From contig CACJNS010000001.1 of the NCBI GenBank assembly GCA_902594855.1, positions 625,335 through 689,334 on the forward strand: 64,000 nt of DNA. The letters run 5' to 3'. The notes under the pieces are model-generated. The model worked only from the letters and a program-made list of their open reading frames with translations. It made no database searches and was not told where the DNA came from. Position numbers and translations under genes: made by a program. Positions 1 through 8,908 of the stretch are shown here, piece after piece. This DNA comes from an uncultured SAR86 cluster bacterium (lineage in GTDB: Bacteria > Pseudomonadota > Gammaproteobacteria > Magnimaribacterales > AG-339-G14). Within the stretch, counting starts at the first letter, position 1. The number at the start of each line of letters is the position of its first letter.

Positions 1-1251
1 AACGAAACAGAAGATGATGTTGAGGATGAAGAAGATTCTGGAATAAATGAAGAAGAGTTAGAAAAAAGATTTGCTTCCCTCAGAAGACAATTCAACAAAA
101 CTGAAAAAACCATTGCTGCTAGCGGAAGAAGCAGCACAAAAGCTCAAACTGACTTGGAAAAGCTGGGAGAAATTTTTAAATACCTTAAATTATCCCCAAA
201 AAAATTCGAAACAATCGCTCTTCCTGCAAGATTAAACTTTCAACAAGTTAAAGAACTGGAAAGGCTCATTTACGATATCTGTGTCAGAGAGTCAAAGATG
301 CCACGTAAAGAATTTATTGAAATTTTTGTAGGCAGTGAAACAAAAGCTAATTTCCTTGATTCGACTTTGAAGTCAAAAAAACCTTTTGTCAAAGAACTTA
401 AAACTAGAAAGCCAGAGATTAATTTAATCCAAAAAAGAATAAATGCTTTAGAAAAGGTATCTGGACTGTCTGTTCCTCAATTAAAAGATGTGAACATGAG
501 GATCACAAAAGGTGAATCAAAAATTAGGAGAGCTAAAAAAGATATGATTGAAGCCAATTTAAGGCTAGTTATATCAATAGCAAAAAAATATACCAACAGG
601 GGTCTCCAATTTTTAGATCTTATCCAAGAAGGAAACATCGGTCTTATGAAGGCAGTAGATAAGTTTGAATACAGAAGAGGTTACAAGTTCTCTACTTATG
701 CAACTTGGTGGATACGACAGGCAATAACTAGGTCTATAGCTGACCAAGCTAGGACAATAAGAATCCCTGTTCATATGATTGAAACAATCAATAAATTAAA
801 CAGAATTTCTAGACAAATGCTTCAGGAAATGGGAAGAGAACCAACTCCAGAAGAGCTAAGCGAAAGAATGGAAATGCCTGAAGATAAAGTTAGAAAAGTT
901 CTAAAAATAGCAAAAGAGCCAATCTCAATGGAAACTCCTATAGGAGATGAAGACGATACGACTCTGGGAGATTTTATTGAAGATCCTCTTCAGAGTTCGC
1001 CTATTGACGCCGCTACTGAAAATAATTTGACTGAAGCAACCGGAGACGTTTTAGGAAGTTTGACTGCAAGAGAAGCTAAAGTTTTAAGAATGCGCTTTGG
1101 TATTGGCATGAACACCGATCACACTCTTGAAGAAGTAGGTAAACAGTTTGATGTTACCAGAGAAAGAATCAGACAAATTGAAGCGAAAGCTTTAAGAAAA
1201 CTTAGGCATCCATCAAGGTCAGCTCATCTAAAAGGGTTCCTCGACGAATAA
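1..1251 (+). CDS. rpoD: RNA polymerase sigma-70 factor RpoD, 5' end cut by the window edge
   Basis: Frame 1 is open from nt 1 (acidic [14 protein letters not shown] spacer). Region 2 motif [32 protein letters not shown] and region 4.2 motif [30 protein letters not shown]. Stop TAA at 1249-1251. Confidence 0.97.
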   Translation, partial: NETEDDVEDEEDSGINEEELEKRFASLRRQFNKTEKTIAASGRSSTKAQTDLEKLGEIFKYLKLSPKKFETIALPARLNFQQVKELERLIYDICVRESKMPRKEFIEIFVGSETKANFLDSTLKSKKPFVKELKTRKPEINLIQKRINALEKVSGLSVPQLKDVNMRITKGESKIRRAKKDMIEANLRLVISIAKKYTNRGLQFLDLIQEGNIGLMKAVDKFEYRRGYKFSTYATWWIRQAITRSIADQARTIRIPVHMIETINKLNRISRQMLQEMGREPTPEELSERMEMPEDKVRKVLKIAKEPISMETPIGDEDDTTLGDFIEDPLQSSPIDAATENNLTEATGDVLGSLTAREAKVLRMRFGIGMNTDHTLEEVGKQFDVTRERIRQIEAKALRKLRHPSRSAHLKGFLDE

Positions 1252-1294
1252 TTTCTCTTAATTCGAATTTAAGATATATAATTCCTCTTCCTAC

Positions 1295-1371
<77 letters not shown>

Positions 1372-1380
1372 GTACTCTTC

Positions 1381-2352
1381 TTAATTCTTCTCAGAGAAGG
1401 GGTCCGTGAAATGATTATCTTCTCTTTTGGGAAGAAAATCAGCATCATAAGCTCTTTCTGGATTCTCTCTGACCCTTCTATCAAGAGCTTCGGCATCTGG
1501 CCCAACTAGTATTCTCCATTGGTTTTTTTTCACTCCATCTAAAATAATTTTCGCAGCATCTTGAGCTGAAGTAAGCGCATTATTTTTGAAGTCATCTTGT
1601 CTTTGAATAATAGCCTCCCTGAATACTTCGAGTGATAAGTTATGAATTGGAGCGCCTGCTTTCATCCAACCCTCCTTCATGAGTTGCAACTCATTTTCAT
1701 CTAAATCTTCAGGTCTTTTCCCTAAAATTATTCCTGTGTTCTGACTAATATCTGTTCCTATGTGACCTGGCATCACTAAAGAAACATTTAAGTGTGGTGT
1801 GTTTACTTTGAAATCATTAAGCAATGCTTCAGAAAAACCTTTCACGGCAAATTTAGCTGCTGAGTATGAAGTATGAGGTACCCCGTCTCCTAAAGATGCC
1901 CAGAATCCGTTTACGCTGCTTGTGTTAATTAAATGACCTTCCTCACTATTAATCAAAGCCTTCATAAAGGCCCTAGAACAGTAATAAACGCCGTACCAAC
2001 AAACTGCAAAAACTTTTTCCCATTCTTCAATATCACTTTTTATGAAGCTTTGACCACCTCCTATCCCTGCATTATTGAAAAGTAAATTTATTGAATCGGT
2101 TTGCTGTTCTGTTAAAACTTCGTCTCTAAATTCCTCAACTTGATCTTTTATGGAAACATCGCACACATGCTTTGTTATTTTGACATTTGGGTTTATCGAA
2201 GCTGCTAAATCCATTGTCTGATACATATTGTCTTCTATAACATCGCACATAGATACATTACAGTTTGCCTTCGCTAATTGTAAAACGAGCTCTCTTCCCA
2301 TACCTGTGCCGCCTCCGGTGACAACAGCAATTTTATTTTCAAAAGATTCCAT
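1381..2352 (-). CDS. short-chain dehydrogenase/reductase (SDR) family oxidoreductase
   Basis: N-terminal Rossmann motif VVTGGGTGMGRE, NNAG motif (FNNAGIGG), catalytic YSAAK. 323 aa. Confidence 0.85.
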   Translation of the reverse strand: MESFENKIAVVTGGGTGMGRELVLQLAKANCNVSMCDVIEDNMYQTMDLAASINPNVKITKHVCDVSIKDQVEEFRDEVLTEQQTDSINLLFNNAGIGGGQSFIKSDIEEWEKVFAVCWYGVYYCSRAFMKALINSEEGHLINTSSVNGFWASLGDGVPHTSYSAAKFAVKGFSEALLNDFKVNTPHLNVSLVMPGHIGTDISQNTGIILGKRPEDLDENELQLMKEGWMKAGAPIHNLSLEVFREAIIQRQDDFKNNALTSAQDAAKIILDGVKKNQWRILVGPDAEALDRRVRENPERAYDADFLPKREDNHFTDPFSEKN

Positions 2353-2427
2353 AAAACTATCTTAAGACTTATCGAAGTATAAGGAAACGAAAGAATATGG
2401 TAAAAATAGAAGAAAAGGAGTTTAAAA

Positions 2428-3216
2428 ATGACTAAAAAAGTTTGTCTAGTTATAGGTGCTGGCGGTGGAATTGGAGCAAACATAGCCAGAAAATTTGCAA
2501 TTGAAGGTTATCACTCCTGCTTGGCAAGGAGAACAGATCAAGATGGTCTTGATAAATGGATTAAAAATATTGAAGCTGAAGGAGGAGAGGCTTCAGGTTT
2601 TTTAATTAATGCAATTGAAGAAGGCGCAATAGAAAAGCTGATCAAGGATATTGAGGAAGGTATAGGACCAATTGATACTTTAGTTTATAACCTAGGAGCT
2701 CAAACTGGGATGAAGCTCTTGGATCAAACTAGCCTCAAAGAATTCGAATGGGGCTGGAAGATGGCCACTCAAGGACTTTTTAGAACAGCCAAAGAGATTT
2801 GTCCCGTTATGGCTGATAGAGGGAAGGGTTCTTTGCTTGTTACCTCTGCTACCGCAGCTGTAAGGGGCAATAAGACTCAACATTCGCATGCTGCAGCAAT
2901 GGGAGGAAGAAGAATGCTATGCCAATCTTTAAACGATGAATTCGGTCCACAAGGCATTCATGTTGCCCATATCGTGATCGATGGTGCTGTAGATGCCCCA
3001 GATACTCTCGGTAAAATGTTGGGACCTGATATGTATCAAAAGATGAGAGAAACCAGAGGTATGGAGCACGATGGATTAATTCTTCCTGAAAAAGTTGCTG
3101 AAACTTATTTTCATCTCGCCAATCAGCATAGATCCACTTGGACTCATGAAATAGATATCAGATCTTTCTCTGATATGGCTTGGTGGAATACAGATAGTTC
3201 ATTCACTAAGAAATAA
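2428..3216 (+). CDS. short-chain dehydrogenase/reductase (SDR) family oxidoreductase
   Basis: LVIGAGGGIGANIARKF Rossmann motif. AAGGAG ribosome-binding site 8 nt upstream of the ATG. 262 aa. Divergent from the other SDR gene. Confidence 0.85.
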   Translation: MTKKVCLVIGAGGGIGANIARKFAIEGYHSCLARRTDQDGLDKWIKNIEAEGGEASGFLINAIEEGAIEKLIKDIEEGIGPIDTLVYNLGAQTGMKLLDQTSLKEFEWGWKMATQGLFRTAKEICPVMADRGKGSLLVTSATAAVRGNKTQHSHAAAMGGRRMLCQSLNDEFGPQGIHVAHIVIDGAVDAPDTLGKMLGPDMYQKMRETRGMEHDGLILPEKVAETYFHLANQHRSTWTHEIDIRSFSDMAWWNTDSSFTKK

Positions 3217-3246
3217 AAAAAGGCGACTTTTAGTCGCCTTTTTTTA
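3215..3246. terminator. bidirectional rho-independent terminator between convergent SDR and TonB-receptor genes
   Basis: AAAAAA-AGGCGACT-ttt-AGTCGCCT-TTTTTTT. Perfect 8-bp GC-rich stem (3221-3228 / 3232-3239), flanked by an A-run and a T-run so it can work on both strands. Confidence 0.8.
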
Positions 3247-3257
3247 TCTTTTTAAAC

Positions 3258-6251
3258 TTACTGTTCTAATCTGTAAGTAAATCCAAGCTTGAATATCCTT
3301 CCTAAAGGATTATGTGTAGTTGGATCGTAATTCATTTCCCAATTTACAAGCGGTGGATTTTTATTTTCAATGTTGTAAATAGAGAAAGTAGATGAGAATT
3401 GATCAGTAAAGTTATAGGATACGTGCCAGTCATAAGTCACAAAGCTATCAATTTTTTCTCTTCCTAGAGGAATGTATCTTTTATCCTCATAAGATCCAAT
3501 TGCATTGATTGCTATGAAGGTATTGAACCTATCTTCAGTATAGCTGAAATAAGCCTTACCTTTATCTTTAGGCATTGGTCTACAAGAGTTACTGAAATTA
3601 AAGTACCCAGCACATTCATAAGCTGCCGCAATTTGCACGCCACCTTTTACGTAAGGATCAACATCAAATTTTTGGATAGAGGTACCCTCAAAAGCTGCAA
3701 CAAAAGTTCCAGCACCGACGTCTCCTTCATATTTTACAAGGTAGTCAATACCAGAAGTTTGAGTAGCAGGACCGTTTACATAAAACGAAGTGATTATTCC
3801 AACATCTTCTGATGCAAAACCACCTTTATTATCCAAAGTAGTTGCTCCACCAAAAACTTGTGATTGAACAGCTAGATGAGATGCAGCTGTTGGGTCAGGC
3901 AATTCATCAGCGCCAGCACCAGCTTTATAAGCGGCAAGGATTTGATTGTAACTTTCTGTGATAATTGGATTATCGAAATCAAATTGATAATAATCCACAG
4001 TCATAATCCAGTTATCAGAACCAAAATTCGTGATAATTCCGAAGTTATAGGTATTAGCTTTTTCTGGATCAAGATTAGGATTACCTATCAAGTCGTTAGC
4101 TTTAAATGCTCCTGCATCTCCAACATACACTAAAGCAGTTCTTGGAGAAGTTTTTGTTTCATCAATATTTGGAGCCCTAAAGGTAGATTGAGCAGAAAGT
4201 CTGAATGCAAAAGCAGGAGTAACATCCCATTTCATCGTAACTTTTGGATCAGCTGAACTACCGTAATCAGTGTCTTCATATCTAACAGCTAATTGCATGT
4301 CAAAATTATCTCTAATAGGTAATGCTAATTCCATGAATGCAGAATTAACTGATCTGTCACCATCAATTTCGTATGCAGGGGCTAAGAACATGAATAAACC
4401 AGACTTCGGATTACAAGCAGTTTGTCCCGGTAATTTACATGGGTACAAAGTACCATCATGAAGATTTTTAGGATTGTTGTGAAAAGAGTCTATACCAGTG
4501 TCAAAATCTTCCTTAAGGGTATATTGTCTAAGCTCGTATCCAGCTAACCAATAAGACATGCCGCCACCTAATTCTGCCATTTCACCTTGGAAATTAAATG
4601 ATAATTGAGTAACTGAAGATTCAGCTTCTGTGATTCTAGGAGCTATCATCCATTTGAGAACTTCAGGATCATTGGCCAAAGAAGCTTCATAAGTTGGATT
4701 TACTACCGCTCCATTTTGGTTAGGAAGTTCAACTGCATTAGAAAAAGGATTTAACCATTTACAGTCCCCAACCCCTTGTTGAGCTCCATTTGAAGTATCA
4801 AACGCAGGATTAAGAACACCTGGCGCACCCAAGCTAGTTACAGATGCTCCACAATTAGGTCCACCATATCCGTGTAAGGCAGCAGCAAATTTCCATTGAA
4901 GTGTATCTTTACTTTCTAAAGTACCTGAAGAAAGTCCGTAATTAAAGTTCGCTGTGTAAGTAATCGTATCTGTCACATCACCATCAATTGAAAAGGCTAG
5001 CTTCATGGTGTCATATCTTCTAGAACCCATTTCAGCACCATTTTCATTCCCCCAAGGGATACCTGCGGCTGCAGCTGGTCTTGTTCTCACAATAAAGTTT
5101 TGTATTCCAGGTACGCCTGGGTAACTGAATCCTTCCTTGTAAGATTCAACAGCTGTATTGAAAGCTGGATAGTCTGCTTGAAGCTGTAAGAGTCCTGGAT
5201 GATTTATAGGAACACTGTTACCTGCTGGATTGTTAGGCGGATAAGAAGGTGAAGTTGCCCAATTAGGAACATCTGTTTGACCATAAAATACCTCGAAAGA
5301 AATATTTTGATCGTTTACAGTACCTTCGGTTTCAAAAAATAAAGAACCATGTTCTTCATCTTCCTGCACGTTATCAAACCATGCGTATTGGTAACCACAA
5401 ATAAATCCGTACACAAGTTGACCACCACCGGCAACACAGCCAGGATCAGCGGTAATTTGAGTAGCAGGAGCAGAGTCACCAAACAAGGAAGCTGGAACCG
5501 TTAAAGATCCTGGGTTACCCATTGTTGACCAACCGTGAGCAGCTCTACCAAAATCAGGTGATCGAGTTGCATACGGCATAATGGCAAAATCGGTATCTTT
5601 GGCTGCTAATTGCCTTTTGCTCATGTAACTTCCGGCAAACAAGAAATCGAAACCGCCAGCCTCAGCACCATACTTAAATGAGAATTGTCCTTCAGGTCCA
5701 TCAGTACCCTCGATACTCCTGGCACTTCCGTTGACTTCAAAACCTTGAAATCCAATATCAGTTGTAAAATTAACTACTCCTGAAATTGCATCGGAACCAT
5801 AGGTTGCAGCAGCACCTTCTTTCAGAACTTCAATTGATTTCATTGCTCCGATTGGAAGCTGATTAATATTCACAGATCTGTTTGCACCTGTGGAAAGAGG
5901 AATGGTAGGAAATCTATTTCCATTAACAAGAACCAAAGTTCTTTGAGGGCCAAGACCTCTAAGGTTTATGTTGGCCACCCCTTCAGAACCGTTGGAACCG
6001 AACTGGTTTGATTCTCCATCCATACCTGTGGATGAGGGAACTAGTTTTACTAATTCCATTAAACTTAAATTACCCTGTTGGGCTATGGTTTCCTTGTCAA
6101 AAATGGAAACCGGGTTGCCTGTATCAATAGGCGTGCCTTTTATTAAGGATCCGACTACTACAACTTCTTCTTCATCTTGTGAAAAGATTGTTGAAGAAAA
6201 AAATAGGAAAGTCGAGATTATTAAGTATTTTAATAATACAAATTTATTCAT
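3258..6251 (-). CDS. large TonB-dependent outer-membrane receptor (997 aa), substrate unknown
   Basis: Signal peptide, plug-domain motifs (EEVVVVGS, NINLRGLGPQRTLVLVNGNR, EVLKEGAAATYGSDAISGVVNF) and barrel motifs FRAPN and GNPNLDPEKA. Confidence 0.9.
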   Translation of the reverse strand: MNKFVLLKYLIISTFLFFSSTIFSQDEEEVVVVGSLIKGTPIDTGNPVSIFDKETIAQQGNLSLMELVKLVPSSTGMDGESNQFGSNGSEGVANINLRGLGPQRTLVLVNGNRFPTIPLSTGANRSVNINQLPIGAMKSIEVLKEGAAATYGSDAISGVVNFTTDIGFQGFEVNGSARSIEGTDGPEGQFSFKYGAEAGGFDFLFAGSYMSKRQLAAKDTDFAIMPYATRSPDFGRAAHGWSTMGNPGSLTVPASLFGDSAPATQITADPGCVAGGGQLVYGFICGYQYAWFDNVQEDEEHGSLFFETEGTVNDQNISFEVFYGQTDVPNWATSPSYPPNNPAGNSVPINHPGLLQLQADYPAFNTAVESYKEGFSYPGVPGIQNFIVRTRPAAAAGIPWGNENGAEMGSRRYDTMKLAFSIDGDVTDTITYTANFNYGLSSGTLESKDTLQWKFAAALHGYGGPNCGASVTSLGAPGVLNPAFDTSNGAQQGVGDCKWLNPFSNAVELPNQNGAVVNPTYEASLANDPEVLKWMIAPRITEAESSVTQLSFNFQGEMAELGGGMSYWLAGYELRQYTLKEDFDTGIDSFHNNPKNLHDGTLYPCKLPGQTACNPKSGLFMFLAPAYEIDGDRSVNSAFMELALPIRDNFDMQLAVRYEDTDYGSSADPKVTMKWDVTPAFAFRLSAQSTFRAPNIDETKTSPRTALVYVGDAGAFKANDLIGNPNLDPEKANTYNFGIITNFGSDNWIMTVDYYQFDFDNPIITESYNQILAAYKAGAGADELPDPTAASHLAVQSQVFGGATTLDNKGGFASEDVGIITSFYVNGPATQTSGIDYLVKYEGDVGAGTFVAAFEGTSIQKFDVDPYVKGGVQIAAAYECAGYFNFSNSCRPMPKDKGKAYFSYTEDRFNTFIAINAIGSYEDKRYIPLGREKIDSFVTYDWHVSYNFTDQFSSTFSIYNIENKNPPLVNWEMNYDPTTHNPLGRIFKLGFTYRLEQ

Positions 6252-6427
6252 ATTTCCCCCTAGAAAATAATCTATATGTCTGCAGAATATTCAACCTTTT
6301 GAAATGCGTCAACCCCAATATTTTTCTAGTCAATAGTTTCCTACAATAAAATGACAAAAGGTCAAGACTTTTAGCTCCTTGTTTTTAATTTTTTAAGATA
6401 AATAAAATTATATAGATATTTCTAAAA

Positions 6428-6446
6428 GCAATTGATAATCATTCTC
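6428..6446 (+). promoter_or_regulatory. Fur box 1 (overlaps the -35 element)
   Basis: GCAATTGATAATCATTCTC matches the Fur consensus GATAATGATAATCATTATC at 15 of 19 positions (hand count). Confidence 0.65.
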
Positions 6447-6459
6447 ATTTGTATATAAT
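6432..6459 (+). promoter_or_regulatory. candidate sigma-70 promoter of the 6514 receptor gene
   Basis: TTGATA (6432-6437), 16-nt spacer, TATAAT (6454-6459), about 55 nt upstream of the ATG. Confidence 0.5.
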
Positions 6460-6466
6460 TGAGAAC

Positions 6467-6485
6467 GATTTTCATTATCATTATG
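6467..6485 (+). promoter_or_regulatory. Fur box 2 (just downstream of the -10 element)
   Basis: GATTTTCATTATCATTATG matches the reverse-complement consensus GATAATGATTATCATTATC at 15 of 19 positions (hand count). Confidence 0.65.
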
Positions 6486-6513
6486 AGTTTCCAACTTAAT
6501 TATTGGAAGGATT

Positions 6514-8607
6514 ATGAAAAAAATTATATATACCATATTATTCCTTTTGGGCTCTCTTAGTGTATTCGCTCAAAACACCGACGATATCGAAGAAGTAGAA
6601 GTAAAAGGGAAGGTTTTATACGTTGATCAAGTTAACTCTCTTAAACCCCCGGTGCCTATATTGGATGTTCCCCAATCTGTTTCAGTTATAACTGATGAAG
6701 AAATAAAAAACCAAGGCTTCAGAGAAATAGGAGATATTATTCGTTATTCGCCCGGAGTGAATACTTCTCAAGGGGAAGGGCATAGAGATGCAGTTGTCTT
6801 TAGAGGAGTTAGATCCACAGCAGATTTTTATCAAGATGGTGTTAGAGATGATGTTCAATACTACAGATCTTTATACAATGTGGAACAATTAGAAATTCTA
6901 AGAGGTCCAAACGCTTTGCTATTTGGAAGAGGTGGAACTGGAGGATTAATTAACAGAGTCTCGAAGAAAGCAGAAATAGGCGAAGCTTTTGGCTCATTTG
7001 ATTTTGGCGCAGATTCTTTTGGCGCAGCAGATCTTGTTTTAGATGCTAACTTTGCAACTTCTGATACTACTGCAGTGAGATTAAACCTTCACACAGACCA
7101 ACTTGCGAATCATAGAGATTTTTATGAAGGCGAAAGATACGGAATAAACCCAACCGTTAAGATTGTAGCTGGAGATACTATTGTAGATCTTTCTTACGAG
7201 TACGCTGATCATGAAAGATTTATTGATCGTGGTATACCAACGGCAAACAATAGGCCTGTTGAAAGTTTAAAAGATGTTGTCTTCGGTGTTGAAGGTCTTA
7301 ACCTACAAACTTTGGAAGCTAGCATTCTAAGAGCTAATGTAGCTCATGATTACTCTGATAACGGTAAGTTCAATATGAGTTTTACCTCAAGCGATTTCAA
7401 AAAAATGTACAAGAACCTTTATCCTGCAGGTTACGATGTATCAGCAAATACAGTTAAGCTTGACGGATACCTAGATCCTACAAAAAGACAGAACATGATT
7501 CTAAATGCTAATGTTGTAAACGAATTTAGCAATGGTTCAACTTCTGGAACGCTTTTAGTGGGCCTAGAATTTGTTGATACTGACAATAAAAATTATCGAT
7601 ACAACACTTTCTTTAATAACAGAGCAGGAAGTGATGCAGGCGAGCCTACAGATCAGCAAATTTTTAATATCACAAGGCCATTAAATATTGTAAAAACTTC
7701 AACAGGTCTTGATTCCACAATTGACTATACAACTGATTTAAAAAGCAGTTCAGAGTCAGATATCACAGTTACATCTTTCTATTTGCAAGGCGATATAGAT
7801 TTCTCCGATAACTGGAAGATGATAATTGGTGGTCGTTTAGATAACTTTGATATTACAGTTACTGACGTTAAAAAATCTCAAGATCAATCCAGAAAAGATG
7901 ACATGTTCTCACCAAGATTTGGTGTGATTTACAAACCAGAAGAAACCATGTCTTTATATGTTAGTTACAGCGAGAGCTTCCTTCCTAGATCCGGAGAGCA
8001 ATATAAAAAGCTAGATGCTAGTGGAGCTGCTCTTGATCCAGATGTCTTTAAAAACACTGAAATTGGTTACAAGTATGACATAAGTGATGCTCTTACATTT
8101 TCAGCAGCGATCTTTGATTCTGAGTCAACTAGAGCTGAAAAAGATAACGAGACTGGAGAACTAAATGAAATTAGAGGTCTTGAAGTGGAAGGAGTTGAAG
8201 TTGAATTGTCAGGTGATATCGATGATCAAAATAATTTAACTTTTGGCTATACGTCACTTGATGGAGTTACCAGCAAGGGAACTAAGCAACCAAGAGAGCT
8301 TCCGAATCAGATGCTATCACTATGGTATTCATACCAAGCAAATGAAACTTTTGGTTTTGGTCTGGGTGTTACTCATCAAGCCGAGTCTTTCATTAAGGAT
8401 ACTTCTAATGGAAGCACAGGGCCAGCATTACCAGATTACACAAGAGTTGATTTTGCACTTTATGTAAATGCATCTGACAACGATGTAGTGAGAGTGCACA
8501 TCGAAAACTTAACAGATGAATTATATTTTCCTCATTCGCATAGTACCCACCAAGCATCTGTCGGTGAGTATTTAAGTGCAAGAGTTTCTTACTCAAGAAG
8601 ATTTTAA
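6514..8607 (+). CDS. TonB-dependent siderophore receptor (Fiu/catecholate-receptor-like family)
   Basis: Signal peptide ending VFAQN. Plug motifs VPQSVSVITDEEI, GEGHRDAVVFRGVRSTADFYQDGVRDD and LEILRGPNALLFGRGGTGGLINRVSKK. C-terminal aromatic residue (RRF). Preceded by two Fur boxes. Confidence 0.9.
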   Translation: MKKIIYTILFLLGSLSVFAQNTDDIEEVEVKGKVLYVDQVNSLKPPVPILDVPQSVSVITDEEIKNQGFREIGDIIRYSPGVNTSQGEGHRDAVVFRGVRSTADFYQDGVRDDVQYYRSLYNVEQLEILRGPNALLFGRGGTGGLINRVSKKAEIGEAFGSFDFGADSFGAADLVLDANFATSDTTAVRLNLHTDQLANHRDFYEGERYGINPTVKIVAGDTIVDLSYEYADHERFIDRGIPTANNRPVESLKDVVFGVEGLNLQTLEASILRANVAHDYSDNGKFNMSFTSSDFKKMYKNLYPAGYDVSANTVKLDGYLDPTKRQNMILNANVVNEFSNGSTSGTLLVGLEFVDTDNKNYRYNTFFNNRAGSDAGEPTDQQIFNITRPLNIVKTSTGLDSTIDYTTDLKSSSESDITVTSFYLQGDIDFSDNWKMIIGGRLDNFDITVTDVKKSQDQSRKDDMFSPRFGVIYKPEETMSLYVSYSESFLPRSGEQYKKLDASGAALDPDVFKNTEIGYKYDISDALTFSAAIFDSESTRAEKDNETGELNEIRGLEVEGVEVELSGDIDDQNNLTFGYTSLDGVTSKGTKQPRELPNQMLSLWYSYQANETFGFGLGVTHQAESFIKDTSNGSTGPALPDYTRVDFALYVNASDNDVVRVHIENLTDELYFPHSHSTHQASVGEYLSARVSYSRRF

Positions 8608-8639
8608 GAGGGAAAATTTAATGTATGAAATATCTTGTT

Positions 8640-8897
8640 TCGAATTCTAAGAACTCAGTAACCGTTGGCGGAGCGGTTTTGAAATCAATACCCTGGTCTT
8701 GGATTCCAAGCAGGACTTGTATAAAAGCTCAGTTCTTAATTAGGAGTGAGAACTGAAGGGAAAATCAATCTTACCATCTGTACCTACCATCAAGATTGAT
8801 TTTCCCAACACTTTAAAGAATTTTGGAAGAGTTTTTTTTATTCGTTCTTACTTAACACCCCTGGTGAAAAATTAAACTCTTCCTCTCTTTATTTGTT
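8640..8897 (+). promoter_or_regulatory. candidate structured 5' leader or cis-regulatory RNA upstream of the FTR1 permease (function unknown)
   Basis: Perfect 15-bp hairpin 8758-8772/8792-8806. A 10-bp stem 8825-8834/8874-8883, extendable with a 2-nt bulge, followed by T-rich TCTCTTTATTTGTT. Three copies of AGAACTSA able to form mutually exclusive helices. No ORF of 60 aa or more in any frame. Confidence 0.3.
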
Positions 8898-8908
8898 AAA
8901 TTATCATA

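Noticed and set aside
4071-4181. FRAP and NPNL boxes in the 997-aa receptor, which might mark a heme receptor next to the heme locus.
   Set aside because: FRAPN and GNPNLxPE are generic TonB-receptor barrel motifs. The 29 residues between them contain no histidine, which is the heme-receptor hallmark.
8621-8756. Small ORFs in the long spacer: a 9-codon ORF (MYEISCFEF) placed 8 nt after a GAGGG Shine-Dalgarno-like sequence, and a 43-codon ORF from 8625.
   Set aside because: There is no recognisable family, no transmembrane or signal features, and no run of regulatory codons typical of a leader peptide. They are kept only as context for the structured-leader hypothesis.
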